Positions 21,603 through 29,952 of a DNA stretch of 64,000 nucleotides are shown here, piece by piece. Below the pieces are notes generated by a model, which was not told where the DNA came from, did not search any database, and saw only the letters and a program-made list of their open reading frames with translations. This DNA comes from an uncultured Thermoanaerobaculia bacterium (GTDB lineage: Bacteria > Acidobacteriota > UBA4820 > DSQY01): positions 45,862 to 109,861 of the forward strand of contig CAZPSH010000001.1 in assembly GCA_964589625.1 (NCBI GenBank). Direction: 5' to 3'. The first letter of the stretch is position 1. The number at the start of each line of letters is the position of its first letter. The translations under genes were made by a program, and so were the position numbers.

Positions 21603-22037
21603 TCAACCCTTCGGACCGGAAGGTCCGCCTCGCGGGGCCGATGACGGACTGTGGAGATCCGCGATGGTGATGGCCTCCATCATCTTCGTATAGGTGGCTT
21701 GGATGCTCTCCCAGTAGGCGTGCAGGGGACACGGGTTGTCCTTGTCGCATCGGGCCAGGCCGAAAAGGCACTGACCTTCGGCGCGGGGCCCGTCAAAGAC
21801 TTCGAGGACCTGCAAGATGGGCTGCCGCTCCGCGCCGGGAGCGAGGCGGAATCCGCCTCCCCATCCCTTTTGCGACAGCACGAAGCCGCGCTTTCTCAGC
21901 TGGTTGAGGATTTTTGAAAGGTAGTTGGCCGGAATCCCCGTATCCTGCGCGATCTGCACGCCTTGCACCCAATCCCCTCGACGCGAGGCCAGATGGCCGA
22001 GGATGCGCAGGGCGTACCGGGAAGTCTGTGACAGCAT
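21603..22037 (-). CDS. Rrf2-family Fe-S transcriptional regulator
   Basis: YALR, IPANYLSKILNQL, GWGGGF; C-x6-C-x5-C-x2-H ligand set. Confidence 0.94.
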   Translation of the reverse strand: MLSQTSRYALRILGHLASRRGDWVQGVQIAQDTGIPANYLSKILNQLRKRGFVLSQKGWGGGFRLAPGAERQPILQVLEVFDGPRAEGQCLFGLARCDKDNPCPLHAYWESIQATYTKMMEAITIADLHSPSSAPRGGPSGPKG

Positions 22038-22045
22038 CTCATCAC

Positions 22046-22085
22046 CTCACAGCATGAGTGTATGCCGTGAGAGCGAAGAAGTCAA
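22046..22085 (-). promoter_or_regulatory. sigma70 promoter of rrf2 with overlapping inverted repeat (candidate operator)
   Basis: TTGACT(22085-22080)-17 nt-TACACT(22062-22057); CTCACAGCAT-N6-ATGCCGTGAG at 22046-22071. Confidence 0.65.
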
Positions 22086-22153
22086 GCCGTGACTCCTCTC
22101 CCCTCGCTATCGTATTGAATGGTCATGGGTTACACACCCCGCAGCGCGCTTCC

Positions 22154-23779
22154 TTACCAGGGTTTCATGCCCGGGGGTAGGTTTTCGGGCGGACGCATCT
22201 GGTCCTGCATGTCCTTCGGAGGCGGCATGGGGAGCTGCTCAAGCAGGTCCGGAGGCTTGGCGTGGGGGGGGGGAGGTTCGGGAGGCTCGTCGGGCGGGGG
22301 GGGCTCCTCGGGGCGGTTCCTCAGGATCCATTCGTAGAGAAGCTTGGCCGCCTGGTGGCCCGGCTCGAGGGTCAGTAGGCCGCGCAGGGAGGCGAGGGCG
22401 CGGTCAGGAGAGCCCGAATCATACAGGGCGAGGGCCAGATTGTAGAGTGTGGGGATCTTCACCTCCGGCTCGTCTGTCACGAGGGCCAGGGTCAGGGCGT
22501 CCGCGGCCCGCTGGGGGTCCTTCTTGGCCAGGAGGCAGCTTCCAACGTTGAAGTTGAGCCGCGCTTTCTCCGCCGGGTCGTCGGAGGCGGAAAGAGCCTG
22601 GCGATAGAGCACGAGTGCCTGATCTGGAGAGCCCGCCCGGTAGGCGGCCAGGGCCTCGGCCGCGCTGGACCTGGGCGACCGGGCCCAAACCTGTCCGGCG
22701 CTGGCCAGAAGGGCCGCCCCGAGGACCAGACCCGCGCCCGGGGCGAGGGGTGCGCGCGACCTCATCGGCGGCGAGGCGCCCTCCCGCGGAAGGCGCCTTC
22801 TCCCAGGCAGGAGGAGGGCCGCCAAAAGGAAGAGAAGGGCAGGCGCGGCGAACCAGCGGAACTGCTCCTGGCGGGTGGCCCGGCTCTTGGAGGCGTACTC
22901 CCGGCGCTTGAGGCGGCCGAGTTCCTCCAGGAGAGAAGGAACCGCGCTTCCTCCGCTTCCGAGGGACCAATAGCGTCCATCGGCCAGCGCCGCCATCTGG
23001 CGGAGCTCCGCTTCGTCCAAACGGGACAGCGCGGCCCGGCCCGTGGTCGGGTCCGTCAAGGGCTCCCCGCGAGGCCCCGGTACAGGACCTCCTGAAGGAG
23101 TTCCCACGCCGATGCAGAAAAGTCGGATACCGCTCCGCGCCAGACTCCGAGCCGCGTCGGCCGCGTCTGCGCCCATGTCCTCGCCGTCCGATAGAAGGAG
23201 AACCACCGCGTCGCGGTCCCGCTGGGCCGGAAAGAGCTTCTGGGCGGCCAGAAGGGCACGTCCCACGTCGGTTCCCTGGGGAGGGATGAGCTGTGTATCC
23301 GCGATGTCGAGAAGAAGCGCTACGGCGGCCGTGTCCTCCGTGATGGGGGAGAGGGCGAGGGGTACCCCTCCGAAGGCCACGAGGCCCATCCGGTCCCCTT
23401 CGTTCGATGAGAGAAAAGAGCGGATCTCCATGCGGGCCCGTTCGAGCCGGCTCGGCGCCACGTCCGACACGGCCATGCTCCGGCTGACGTCGAACGCGAT
23501 CACCACGTCGAGGCCGACCTTCCGGACGTTTTCCGCCACTTCGCCCCATTGGGGACGGGCGAAGGTGAGGAAGGTGAGGCCGATGGCCAGCCAGACCGCC
23601 GAGCCCCGGACCGTATCCCATTCGCCGGGGGGCAGCAGGGAGAGCCGGCGGAGGTTGGCCGCACCCCCCCACGGGGCGGCGCGGGAGGCCCGCCTCCACC
23701 GCGAAAGGGCCGCCCCCAAGAGAAGGAGGGGGAAGGCGGCCAGGAGGACCGCTCCCGCAGGATGGGCGAAGGGCGTCAC
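22154..23779 (-). CDS. VWA protein with TPR and Pro-rich tail (BatB/BatC-like fusion)
   Basis: DVSRSM MIDAS, LLSDGED, TM segment, TPR-like FNVGSCL/LYNLALA; GTGA overlap with the upstream gene. Confidence 0.85.
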   Translation of the reverse strand: MTPFAHPAGAVLLAAFPLLLLGAALSRWRRASRAAPWGGAANLRRLSLLPPGEWDTVRGSAVWLAIGLTFLTFARPQWGEVAENVRKVGLDVVIAFDVSRSMAVSDVAPSRLERARMEIRSFLSSNEGDRMGLVAFGGVPLALSPITEDTAAVALLLDIADTQLIPPQGTDVGRALLAAQKLFPAQRDRDAVVLLLSDGEDMGADAADAARSLARSGIRLFCIGVGTPSGGPVPGPRGEPLTDPTTGRAALSRLDEAELRQMAALADGRYWSLGSGGSAVPSLLEELGRLKRREYASKSRATRQEQFRWFAAPALLFLLAALLLPGRRRLPREGASPPMRSRAPLAPGAGLVLGAALLASAGQVWARSPRSSAAEALAAYRAGSPDQALVLYRQALSASDDPAEKARLNFNVGSCLLAKKDPQRAADALTLALVTDEPEVKIPTLYNLALALYDSGSPDRALASLRGLLTLEPGHQAAKLLYEWILRNRPEEPPPPDEPPEPPPPHAKPPDLLEQLPMPPPKDMQDQMRPPENLPPGMKPW

Positions 23780-24777
23780 GGCAGGCACCTCCCCAAGGTC
23801 ATCTCCCAGAGGGCGTAGGCCGCGAGGCTGAGCAGGGCGGCTCCCGCGGGGTAGAGGAAGAGGTCTTCGTAGGCGACGTACCCGGAGGATTGGGTCTTGG
23901 TCCGCTCGAGCCGGTCGATGGCCTCGAAGACCTTCTCCAACGCCCGTCCGTCCGACGCGTTGAAATAAACGCCATCGGTGGATTTGGCCAAGGCCTTCAA
24001 CACCTCCTCGTTGAACCCGATCCGGACGTACTGGTAGGACTTTTTCCCGCTCTCGCCGATCACGGGATAGGGGACGACTCCCGAACTCCCGATGCCCACG
24101 GCGTATACCCGGATGCGGTGGGAGGCGAGCATCTGAGCCGCCTGGAGGGGGTCGAACTGCCCCCGGTTGTTCTCGCCATCGGTCAGGAGAATCACGACGC
24201 GGCTCTTCTCTGGGGCGCCCAGCAGCCTCTTCCCCGAAGCCACGAGGGCGTCCCCAATGGCCGTCCCGTCGATCTCGGTACGGGTAACCGCGCGCAGGTC
24301 CTGAACGAGCGCAAGGAGGGTCCTGTGGTCGAGGGTGAGAGGGCACCGGAGGAAGGGCATGGCGGCAAAGGTGACGAGCCCCATTCGATCTTCGCTCCGC
24401 CGCCGGACGAAGTCCGCCACCACCGTCCGCGCCACGTCGATGCGGTTGTTGGGCTGGAAGTCCTCCGCGATCATGCTCCCCGACACATCGATGCAGAGGA
24501 GGATGGCGACCCCCTCCGTGGACACCGTCGTGCGGCTGGACTTCAAGGAGGGCCTGGAGAGCGTCAGCGCCAGGAAGGCGAAGCCCGCCAGGAGCAGGCC
24601 GGTGGAGATCCAAGGAAACGCCCTTCCCCTTCCCGCCAGAGCCTCGATCTGGAGGGCCGGCGGAAAGGGGAGGGCCCTGCGAAACCGGTGGAGGAGGTAG
24701 GCGCGATAGGCCACCAGTGGTGGAATGAGGAGGAGGGCCCAAAGCCATGCGGGATCGCGGAAAACGAAGTGGCTCAT
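23776..24777 (-). CDS. VWA domain protein (BatA-like)
   Basis: N-terminal Bat TM, DVSGSM, RMGLVTFA, GTAIGDAL, LLTDGENN. Confidence 0.92.
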   Translation of the reverse strand: MSHFVFRDPAWLWALLLIPPLVAYRAYLLHRFRRALPFPPALQIEALAGRGRAFPWISTGLLLAGFAFLALTLSRPSLKSSRTTVSTEGVAILLCIDVSGSMIAEDFQPNNRIDVARTVVADFVRRRSEDRMGLVTFAAMPFLRCPLTLDHRTLLALVQDLRAVTRTEIDGTAIGDALVASGKRLLGAPEKSRVVILLTDGENNRGQFDPLQAAQMLASHRIRVYAVGIGSSGVVPYPVIGESGKKSYQYVRIGFNEEVLKALAKSTDGVYFNASDGRALEKVFEAIDRLERTKTQSSGYVAYEDLFLYPAGAALLSLAAYALWEMTLGRCLP

Positions 24778-25730
24778 GCGGCCTCCCGCTTTCCCGCGGG
24801 GGACTTCGGAGGAGTCTGAGCCAGCGCCTGGAGGGCCGTCCTTCTCGCGGCGTCCTCCTCGGCGGCATCGGGAAAGTGGCGCGCAAAGAGGACCTGGTCG
24901 CAGAGCTCGAGAACGGCGGCGTAGGCCCGTCCCGCCTCCGTGGGGAGCTCTGGGAGGGCGGCGAACCCACTCCGAACCTCGTGGCCGGTCCATTCGAGGA
25001 AGGGCCGTTCAAAGCGCCACTCCAGAAGCGTTCGGAGCACCATCGAGAGGGCTTCGTACCGGGCGCCGGGGTCAAGGCGGGTCGCGAAGATCCGCTCCAC
25101 CTCCCTGCGCGCCCAGAGCGGGGGATCCGTTTCGCGCAGCGTCGGCTTCGGCGGAGGGAACGCCGCGCGGGCCCTCGCCTTCTTCAAGCCCGCCGCGAGA
25201 GCCGCGATTCCCAGCGCGAGGCCCGCTGCGGCCAGAAAGATCCACATCCACGGAATGCCTCGGGGCAGGGAGAGGGGCCCGGCTTGGGGCGGGCGCGGGG
25301 CATCGCCGGAGGGCAGGAGAGGCTCCAGGAGAAGCGGAGGAGGAGAGAGGACGAGGTCGTGGAGTCCCGAGCGATCTCGGACCGTGATTCGGGCGGCCGG
25401 AAAATCCACCTTCCCGGTGGAAAAGACCTGCACCGTCACGGCGAGCCGAAGGTCTCCCGGGAACGAAGGGGGCGGTGTCTTGGCGAGAGAGACTACCCGC
25501 CCAGGTCCCCAGTCGGCTCCGGGGACGAGGTCGCCCTCGAGAAAGAACTCCGGCGAGGACACGGGAAGAGACGACTCCAGCACCACGGGGTCGCCCAGAT
25601 GCGCAGGACCCTGTAAAATCCACCGGCCTCGAACGGACGGAGCCGTCAGGACGGGAGCCGTGGAGGAGGCCTCCAGAGCAATAAGCGAGAGAGAAAGAAG
25701 GAGTGCCGGAGGGCCGATGAGCCTCTTCAC
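24774..25730 (-). CDS. Bat-operon associated exported/membrane protein
   Basis: Signal peptide, Pro-rich linker, TM; start/stop overlaps with both neighbours. Confidence 0.7.
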   Translation of the reverse strand: MKRLIGPPALLLSLSLIALEASSTAPVLTAPSVRGRWILQGPAHLGDPVVLESSLPVSSPEFFLEGDLVPGADWGPGRVVSLAKTPPPSFPGDLRLAVTVQVFSTGKVDFPAARITVRDRSGLHDLVLSPPPLLLEPLLPSGDAPRPPQAGPLSLPRGIPWMWIFLAAAGLALGIAALAAGLKKARARAAFPPPKPTLRETDPPLWARREVERIFATRLDPGARYEALSMVLRTLLEWRFERPFLEWTGHEVRSGFAALPELPTEAGRAYAAVLELCDQVLFARHFPDAAEEDAARRTALQALAQTPPKSPAGKREAA

Positions 25731-26608
25731 GCCGCGCGCCTCCTCGCCCTCTGCCTCAGGAGGGCGACGAGGGGCGGGACGACGTCGGAGGCCGTGCTGA
25801 AGGTGACGGCGTCCACCCCGGCTCGGAAAAAGGCCTCCGCGAGCTGGTGCCGCTGTCGGAGGCGAGCGGCGTGGAAGCGCTTGCGAAGCGAGGGGGAGTC
25901 CGTTCGGACCCACCCGTGGCGTCCGGATTCGGGGTCCGCCCATTCCATCCACCCCGAAGCGGGCAATTGGATCTCGGCCGGGTCCTCCACGCAGAGTGCG
26001 ATGAGGTCGTGGCGCCGCGCCATGACGGGAAGGCCCCTGCCCAGAGGGCCAAGGAAATCCGAACATAGAAAAACGGTGGCCCGTCGGGGCAGGAGGCGGT
26101 TCAGGGCGGAGAGGGCTTCCCCAAAGTCGGTGCCCCGTCCGACGGGATCGAAGTACATGATTTCGCGGACGATGCGAAGCACGTGCTCGACGCCTTTTCG
26201 GGGGGGGAGAAAGAGTTCCACCCGGTCCGAAAAAAGGAGGAGCCCCACCCGGTCCTGGCTCCGGATGGCCGAAAAGGCAAGCAGGGCGCACACCTCGGCC
26301 AGGACTTCGCTCTTGAGCCGACCCGCCGTACCGAAGCGGAGGCTCGGGCTCACGTCCACCGCGAACACCAGGGTCCGCTGGCGCTCTTCGTGGAACTCCT
26401 TCACGTGGAGCTCGCCGGTGCGCGAGGTGACGTTCCAATCGATGGTGCGGAAATCGTCGCCGGGTTGGTAGAGGCGCACATCCCTGAACTCAACTCCCTG
26501 GCCCTTGAACAGGGAGTGGTACTCGCCCGCCAGGACCTCGTTGACCGCCTTTCGCGTCCGGATCTCGATGAGGCGGACCTTTTTGAGAATCTCCTGGATG
26601 TCTAGCAT
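25727..26608 (-). CDS. DUF58 family protein
   Basis: GEYHSLFKGQGVEF, RLYQPGDD, IDWNVT, EER, DVSPS. Confidence 0.93.
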   Translation of the reverse strand: MLDIQEILKKVRLIEIRTRKAVNEVLAGEYHSLFKGQGVEFRDVRLYQPGDDFRTIDWNVTSRTGELHVKEFHEERQRTLVFAVDVSPSLRFGTAGRLKSEVLAEVCALLAFSAIRSQDRVGLLLFSDRVELFLPPRKGVEHVLRIVREIMYFDPVGRGTDFGEALSALNRLLPRRATVFLCSDFLGPLGRGLPVMARRHDLIALCVEDPAEIQLPASGWMEWADPESGRHGWVRTDSPSLRKRFHAARLRQRHQLAEAFFRAGVDAVTFSTASDVVPPLVALLRQRARRRAA

Positions 26609-26630
26609 GGCAAGAGACCGCAGGGCGCCC

Positions 26631-27617
26631 TCATGGCACCTCCACGCCCTCGAAAATGCGGGACAGGAGGCTCTCCGGCGTGACGGACTCGGCCTCGGCC
26701 TCGTAGGTGAGGATGAGCCGGTGCCTCAGGACGTCCAGCCCGACGGCCTTGACATCCTCCGGCGTCACGTAGGCCCTGCCCCTCAGGAAGGCGTGGGCCT
26801 TGGCGGCGAGGGTCAGGAAAAGCGCCGCCCTCGGCGACGCACCGTACCGGACGTACCCCTCGGCGGAGATGCGGAATCGCCCGGGATTCCGGGTGGCCTG
26901 GACGAGGCGCACCACGTAGTCCTTGATGCGCCCGTCCACGTACAGAGAATCCGCCACCTGCCGGGCGCGGAGGATGTCTTCCACGGAAAGGACGGGCTTG
27001 ACGGCGGGAGGCTCGGCGGTGGCCATGCGGTCGATGATCTGCCTCTCCTCCTCGGGTGTGGGGTAGGTGAGGACCACCTTCATGAGGAAACGGTCCACCT
27101 GGGCTTCGGGAAGGGGGTAGGTCCCCTCCTGCTCGATGGGATTCTGGGTGGCCATGACGAAGAACGGTTCGGGGAGGACGTGGGTCGTCCCGCCGAGTGT
27201 GACCTGTCTTTCCTGCATGCACTCGAGCAGGGCCGACTGCACCTTGGCGGGGGCGCGGTTGATCTCATCGGCCAGGAGAATCTGCGTGAAAATCGGCCCC
27301 TTCTTGGGCTCAAAGACGCCCTCCTTCGGATTGTAAACGAGGGTGCCGACGAGGTCGGCGGGAAGGAGGTCGGGCGTGAATTGAACGCGCTGGAAGGAGG
27401 CGGACACGGCGCCGGCAAGGCTCTTGACGGCGAGGGTCTTGGCGAGGCCGGGAACCCCCTCCACGAGCACGTGGCCCCGGGCCAGAAGGGCGATCACGAG
27501 GCGATCCAGAAGGGCCTGCTGGCCCACGATGACCGTCCGGACCTCGCCGATGAGGCGCGCCACGGTGGGCGCCTCGCTGTCGACCCTTTTCTGTACCTCC
27601 TTGACCTGAGCGTCCAT
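26631..27617 (-). CDS. MoxR-family AAA+ ATPase
   Basis: EGVPGLAKT, RVQFTPDLLPAD, LADEINRAPAKVQSALLE, ATQNPIEQEGTY. Confidence 0.96.
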   Translation of the reverse strand: MDAQVKEVQKRVDSEAPTVARLIGEVRTVIVGQQALLDRLVIALLARGHVLVEGVPGLAKTLAVKSLAGAVSASFQRVQFTPDLLPADLVGTLVYNPKEGVFEPKKGPIFTQILLADEINRAPAKVQSALLECMQERQVTLGGTTHVLPEPFFVMATQNPIEQEGTYPLPEAQVDRFLMKVVLTYPTPEEERQIIDRMATAEPPAVKPVLSVEDILRARQVADSLYVDGRIKDYVVRLVQATRNPGRFRISAEGYVRYGASPRAALFLTLAAKAHAFLRGRAYVTPEDVKAVGLDVLRHRLILTYEAEAESVTPESLLSRIFEGVEVP

Positions 27618-27748
27618 TCTCACCTCCACGGGGATTGTAGGCGGGGCGCACGGGGTGAAGCAAGGCGATGGAGAGGATCAAGGAAAAAGCACCTGCTGCG
27701 ATTCTGTGCGTTTCGAAGGGGGGTGGCCATCCGAGCACAGGATGCGTG

Positions 27749-27863
27749 TGGCTTCGGGCGGGATGCGGCATCGGGGCCCGCCGCGAGGGAGCCCCGCGGC
27801 GAGGCCCTTGAAACTCCAAGGGAGGAAGGCCGAGAGGTCCGCCATCGTCGTGCGCCCGAGCCA
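27749..27863. ncRNA. Candidate structured RNA in the moxR-scpA divergent spacer
   Basis: Closing helix 27749-27760/27853-27863 (11 bp, 1 bulge); inner helices 27762-27768/27839-27846 and 27774-27785/27795-27807. Confidence 0.3.
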
Positions 27864-27923
27864 TGATAGCACCTGCGGTTTGCCGGAGGTCCGACAGGGT
27901 GTACACTCTCGCGGGAGGACGAT

Positions 27924-28694
27924 GTGGACACCCCCATCCAGGTTCCGCTGGCGGCTCAGGACCAGGTACCGCCAGCGGATTCCGAAAAGGCGCCCCGCTT
28001 TCACCTCCCGGTCTTCGAAGGGCCCCTGGACCTGCTCCTCTACCTCATCCAGAAAGACGAGATCGACATCTACGACATCCCCATCGTGGAGATCACGGCG
28101 CAGTACGAAGCCTATCTGGGCGCCATGAGGGATCTGGACCTCGACGTGGCCGCCGACTTCATCCTCATGGCGGCCACCCTCATCCACGTCAAGAGCCGGA
28201 TGCTGCTTCCCGCACCCAAGGAGGAGGGAGGCGATCCGGCCGAGGACCCCAGGCTGCCCCTCGTAGAACAGCTCCTCGAATACCAGCGCTTCAAAGAGGT
28301 GGCCCGCCTTCTCACGGAGCGGGAGGAGGTCTCCACCGCCCAGTACGTCCGGGCCGCGGGGCTGGGCGACGCGGGCGACGGGAGCGAGACCGGGCTGGAG
28401 GTGGACCTCTACGACCTGGTGGAGGCGCTGCAGTCGGTGCTCAAGCGCGTGGCGGACCGGAGGGAGAGGATCGTCTTCGTTCCGGAGATCAGCTTGGCCA
28501 GCCGCATCAACGAGGTCCTGGAGCGCTTGGAGGCCCACGGCTCCCTGCTTTTCGTCGAACTCTTCGACGAGGGGATGACGCGTGCCCACGTCGTGGTCAC
28601 CTTCCTGGCCATCCTGGAGCTGGCGAAGCAGCGCGTGGTCCGCCTCTTTCAGGAGGGTCCCTTCCACCCCATCCGGGTGGTCCTGAACGCCTGA
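27924..28694 (+). CDS. scpA: Segregation and condensation protein A
   Basis: FEGPLDLLLYLI, IDIYDIPI, AADFILMAATL, KSRMLLP, VVTFLAILELAK. Confidence 0.96.
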   Translation: MDTPIQVPLAAQDQVPPADSEKAPRFHLPVFEGPLDLLLYLIQKDEIDIYDIPIVEITAQYEAYLGAMRDLDLDVAADFILMAATLIHVKSRMLLPAPKEEGGDPAEDPRLPLVEQLLEYQRFKEVARLLTEREEVSTAQYVRAAGLGDAGDGSETGLEVDLYDLVEALQSVLKRVADRRERIVFVPEISLASRINEVLERLEAHGSLLFVELFDEGMTRAHVVVTFLAILELAKQRVVRLFQEGPFHPIRVVLNA

Positions 28695-28704
28695 AGCGGG
28701 CCCC

Positions 28705-29844
28705 TCAGCCCTCGGGCAGAGTCAGTGTGAGGGTCAGGGCTCCTTCCCCCCCCGCCTCGGCGGTCAGATCTCCGCCCAATGCGGCGGCCACGTAGCGGGC
28801 CGCCGCGAGGCCCAGACCCCGCTGCGCGAGCCGGGGCTGGCATAGGGCGCCGGGTTCCGGGTAGAAGCGGTCGAGGACCTTGGAGACCGGCGGTGCGTCC
28901 TCCTGAAGCGATGCGAGGGTGAGGCGAAGGACCGCGCGGACTCCGGTGTTGGAGGCGCTCCAAACGATCGGAACCTCCGGGGAGGCGAGATCCAGGACGT
29001 TCTCCGAGAGGTTGTCGAGAAGGTAGGTCAGAGCCGGGCCGGGCACGGCCACGAAGGGGCCGTCCGCCTCCGGTCCCCTTCGAGTGAACCGTTTGCCCGC
29101 CCCGCCCGGAACGCGGCCCGTATCGGAGAGCGCCTCGGTCCAGGCCGCGGCAAGGGAAAGGGCCTCCCGCGGCTTCTGCTGGAGGGTTCGGATGAGGCGC
29201 GTAAAGGTAAGGAGGTGCTCCACCATTTCCGAAAGGAGGCCGAGGTTTCGCTGGATCGTTCGGAGGGGCTTCTCCTGTTCGGGGGTCAGGGGCCCGTAGC
29301 GGCCCTTTAATAGAAGTTCCGAGAAACCCTGCATGACCACGGGGGGGGTCACGAGATCGTGGGCCAGGGAGGAGAGGAGGCGGTCCTGGAGGAGGGACAT
29401 CTTAAGGAGGCGCTCGTTGGCCTCCCGGACCTCCTCGAGCAGCCTGACCTGGTCGCGGCACAGGCGGGCGTCCTCGGTCACGTCGCGGAAGACCCCCTCG
29501 TAGCCGGCGAATCGTCCATCGGCATCGTCCAGGCGGCGGATGCTCGACTGGATCACGAATTCCGCCCCGTCGCCCCTGCGGGCGGTGGTGGAAAAGGAGG
29601 CGAAGCCCTCGGACTCCACCTGGCGTCGGATGAGTTCAGGGTCGTAGTTCACGGAATCGAAGTCCCGGGTCCGGAACCCGGTCTGGATGGCCTCCGGCGT
29701 GAGCCCGAAGCAGGCGGCGCCACAGGAGTTGATGCAGTGGATCCGCCCCTCGAGGTCGCTGCGGTAGAATCCTATTCCCAACAGGTCGAGGATCTCCAGC
29801 AGGGTCTCGGGGGGTGGCGGAGGAAAGAAGCGCGGTTCGGCCAT
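28705..29844 (-). CDS. Cytoplasmic PAS-domain histidine kinase with degenerate ATPase domain
   Basis: PAS (RSDLEGRIHCIN...EGVFRDVTE), H-box AHDLVTP, G2 GLGL; no DxGxG. Confidence 0.82.
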   Translation of the reverse strand: MAEPRFFPPPPPETLLEILDLLGIGFYRSDLEGRIHCINSCGAACFGLTPEAIQTGFRTRDFDSVNYDPELIRRQVESEGFASFSTTARRGDGAEFVIQSSIRRLDDADGRFAGYEGVFRDVTEDARLCRDQVRLLEEVREANERLLKMSLLQDRLLSSLAHDLVTPPVVMQGFSELLLKGRYGPLTPEQEKPLRTIQRNLGLLSEMVEHLLTFTRLIRTLQQKPREALSLAAAWTEALSDTGRVPGGAGKRFTRRGPEADGPFVAVPGPALTYLLDNLSENVLDLASPEVPIVWSASNTGVRAVLRLTLASLQEDAPPVSKVLDRFYPEPGALCQPRLAQRGLGLAAARYVAAALGGDLTAEAGGEGALTLTLTLPEG

Positions 29845-29915
29845 GAAGCGTTCCACCCTCCCTAGGGAAGTGTACACCCGCCAGGGCGGCCAATGAACCC
29901 CGGGGTCGGTTAGCC

Positions 29916-29945
29916 TTGACGGCGTTTGATTTCAAAGGCTATCCT
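29916..29945 (+). promoter_or_regulatory. Putative sigma70 promoter of the mla operon with internal palindrome
   Basis: TTGACG(29916-29921)-18 nt-TATCCT(29940-29945); TTTGA-TT-TCAAA at 29925-29936. Confidence 0.5.
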
Positions 29946-29952
29946 TGTTTCC

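Noticed and set aside
22263-22305. Poly-G tracts as phase-variation sites
   Set aside because: They encode the poly-Pro tail of the Bat fusion and the frame is intact
27820-27890. tRNA-Ser-like 5' end (GGAGGAAGGCCGAGAGGT) and c-di-GMP-I-like GGCAAACC on the minus strand
   Set aside because: No T-loop or acceptor stem; no GGGACGCAAAGC partner
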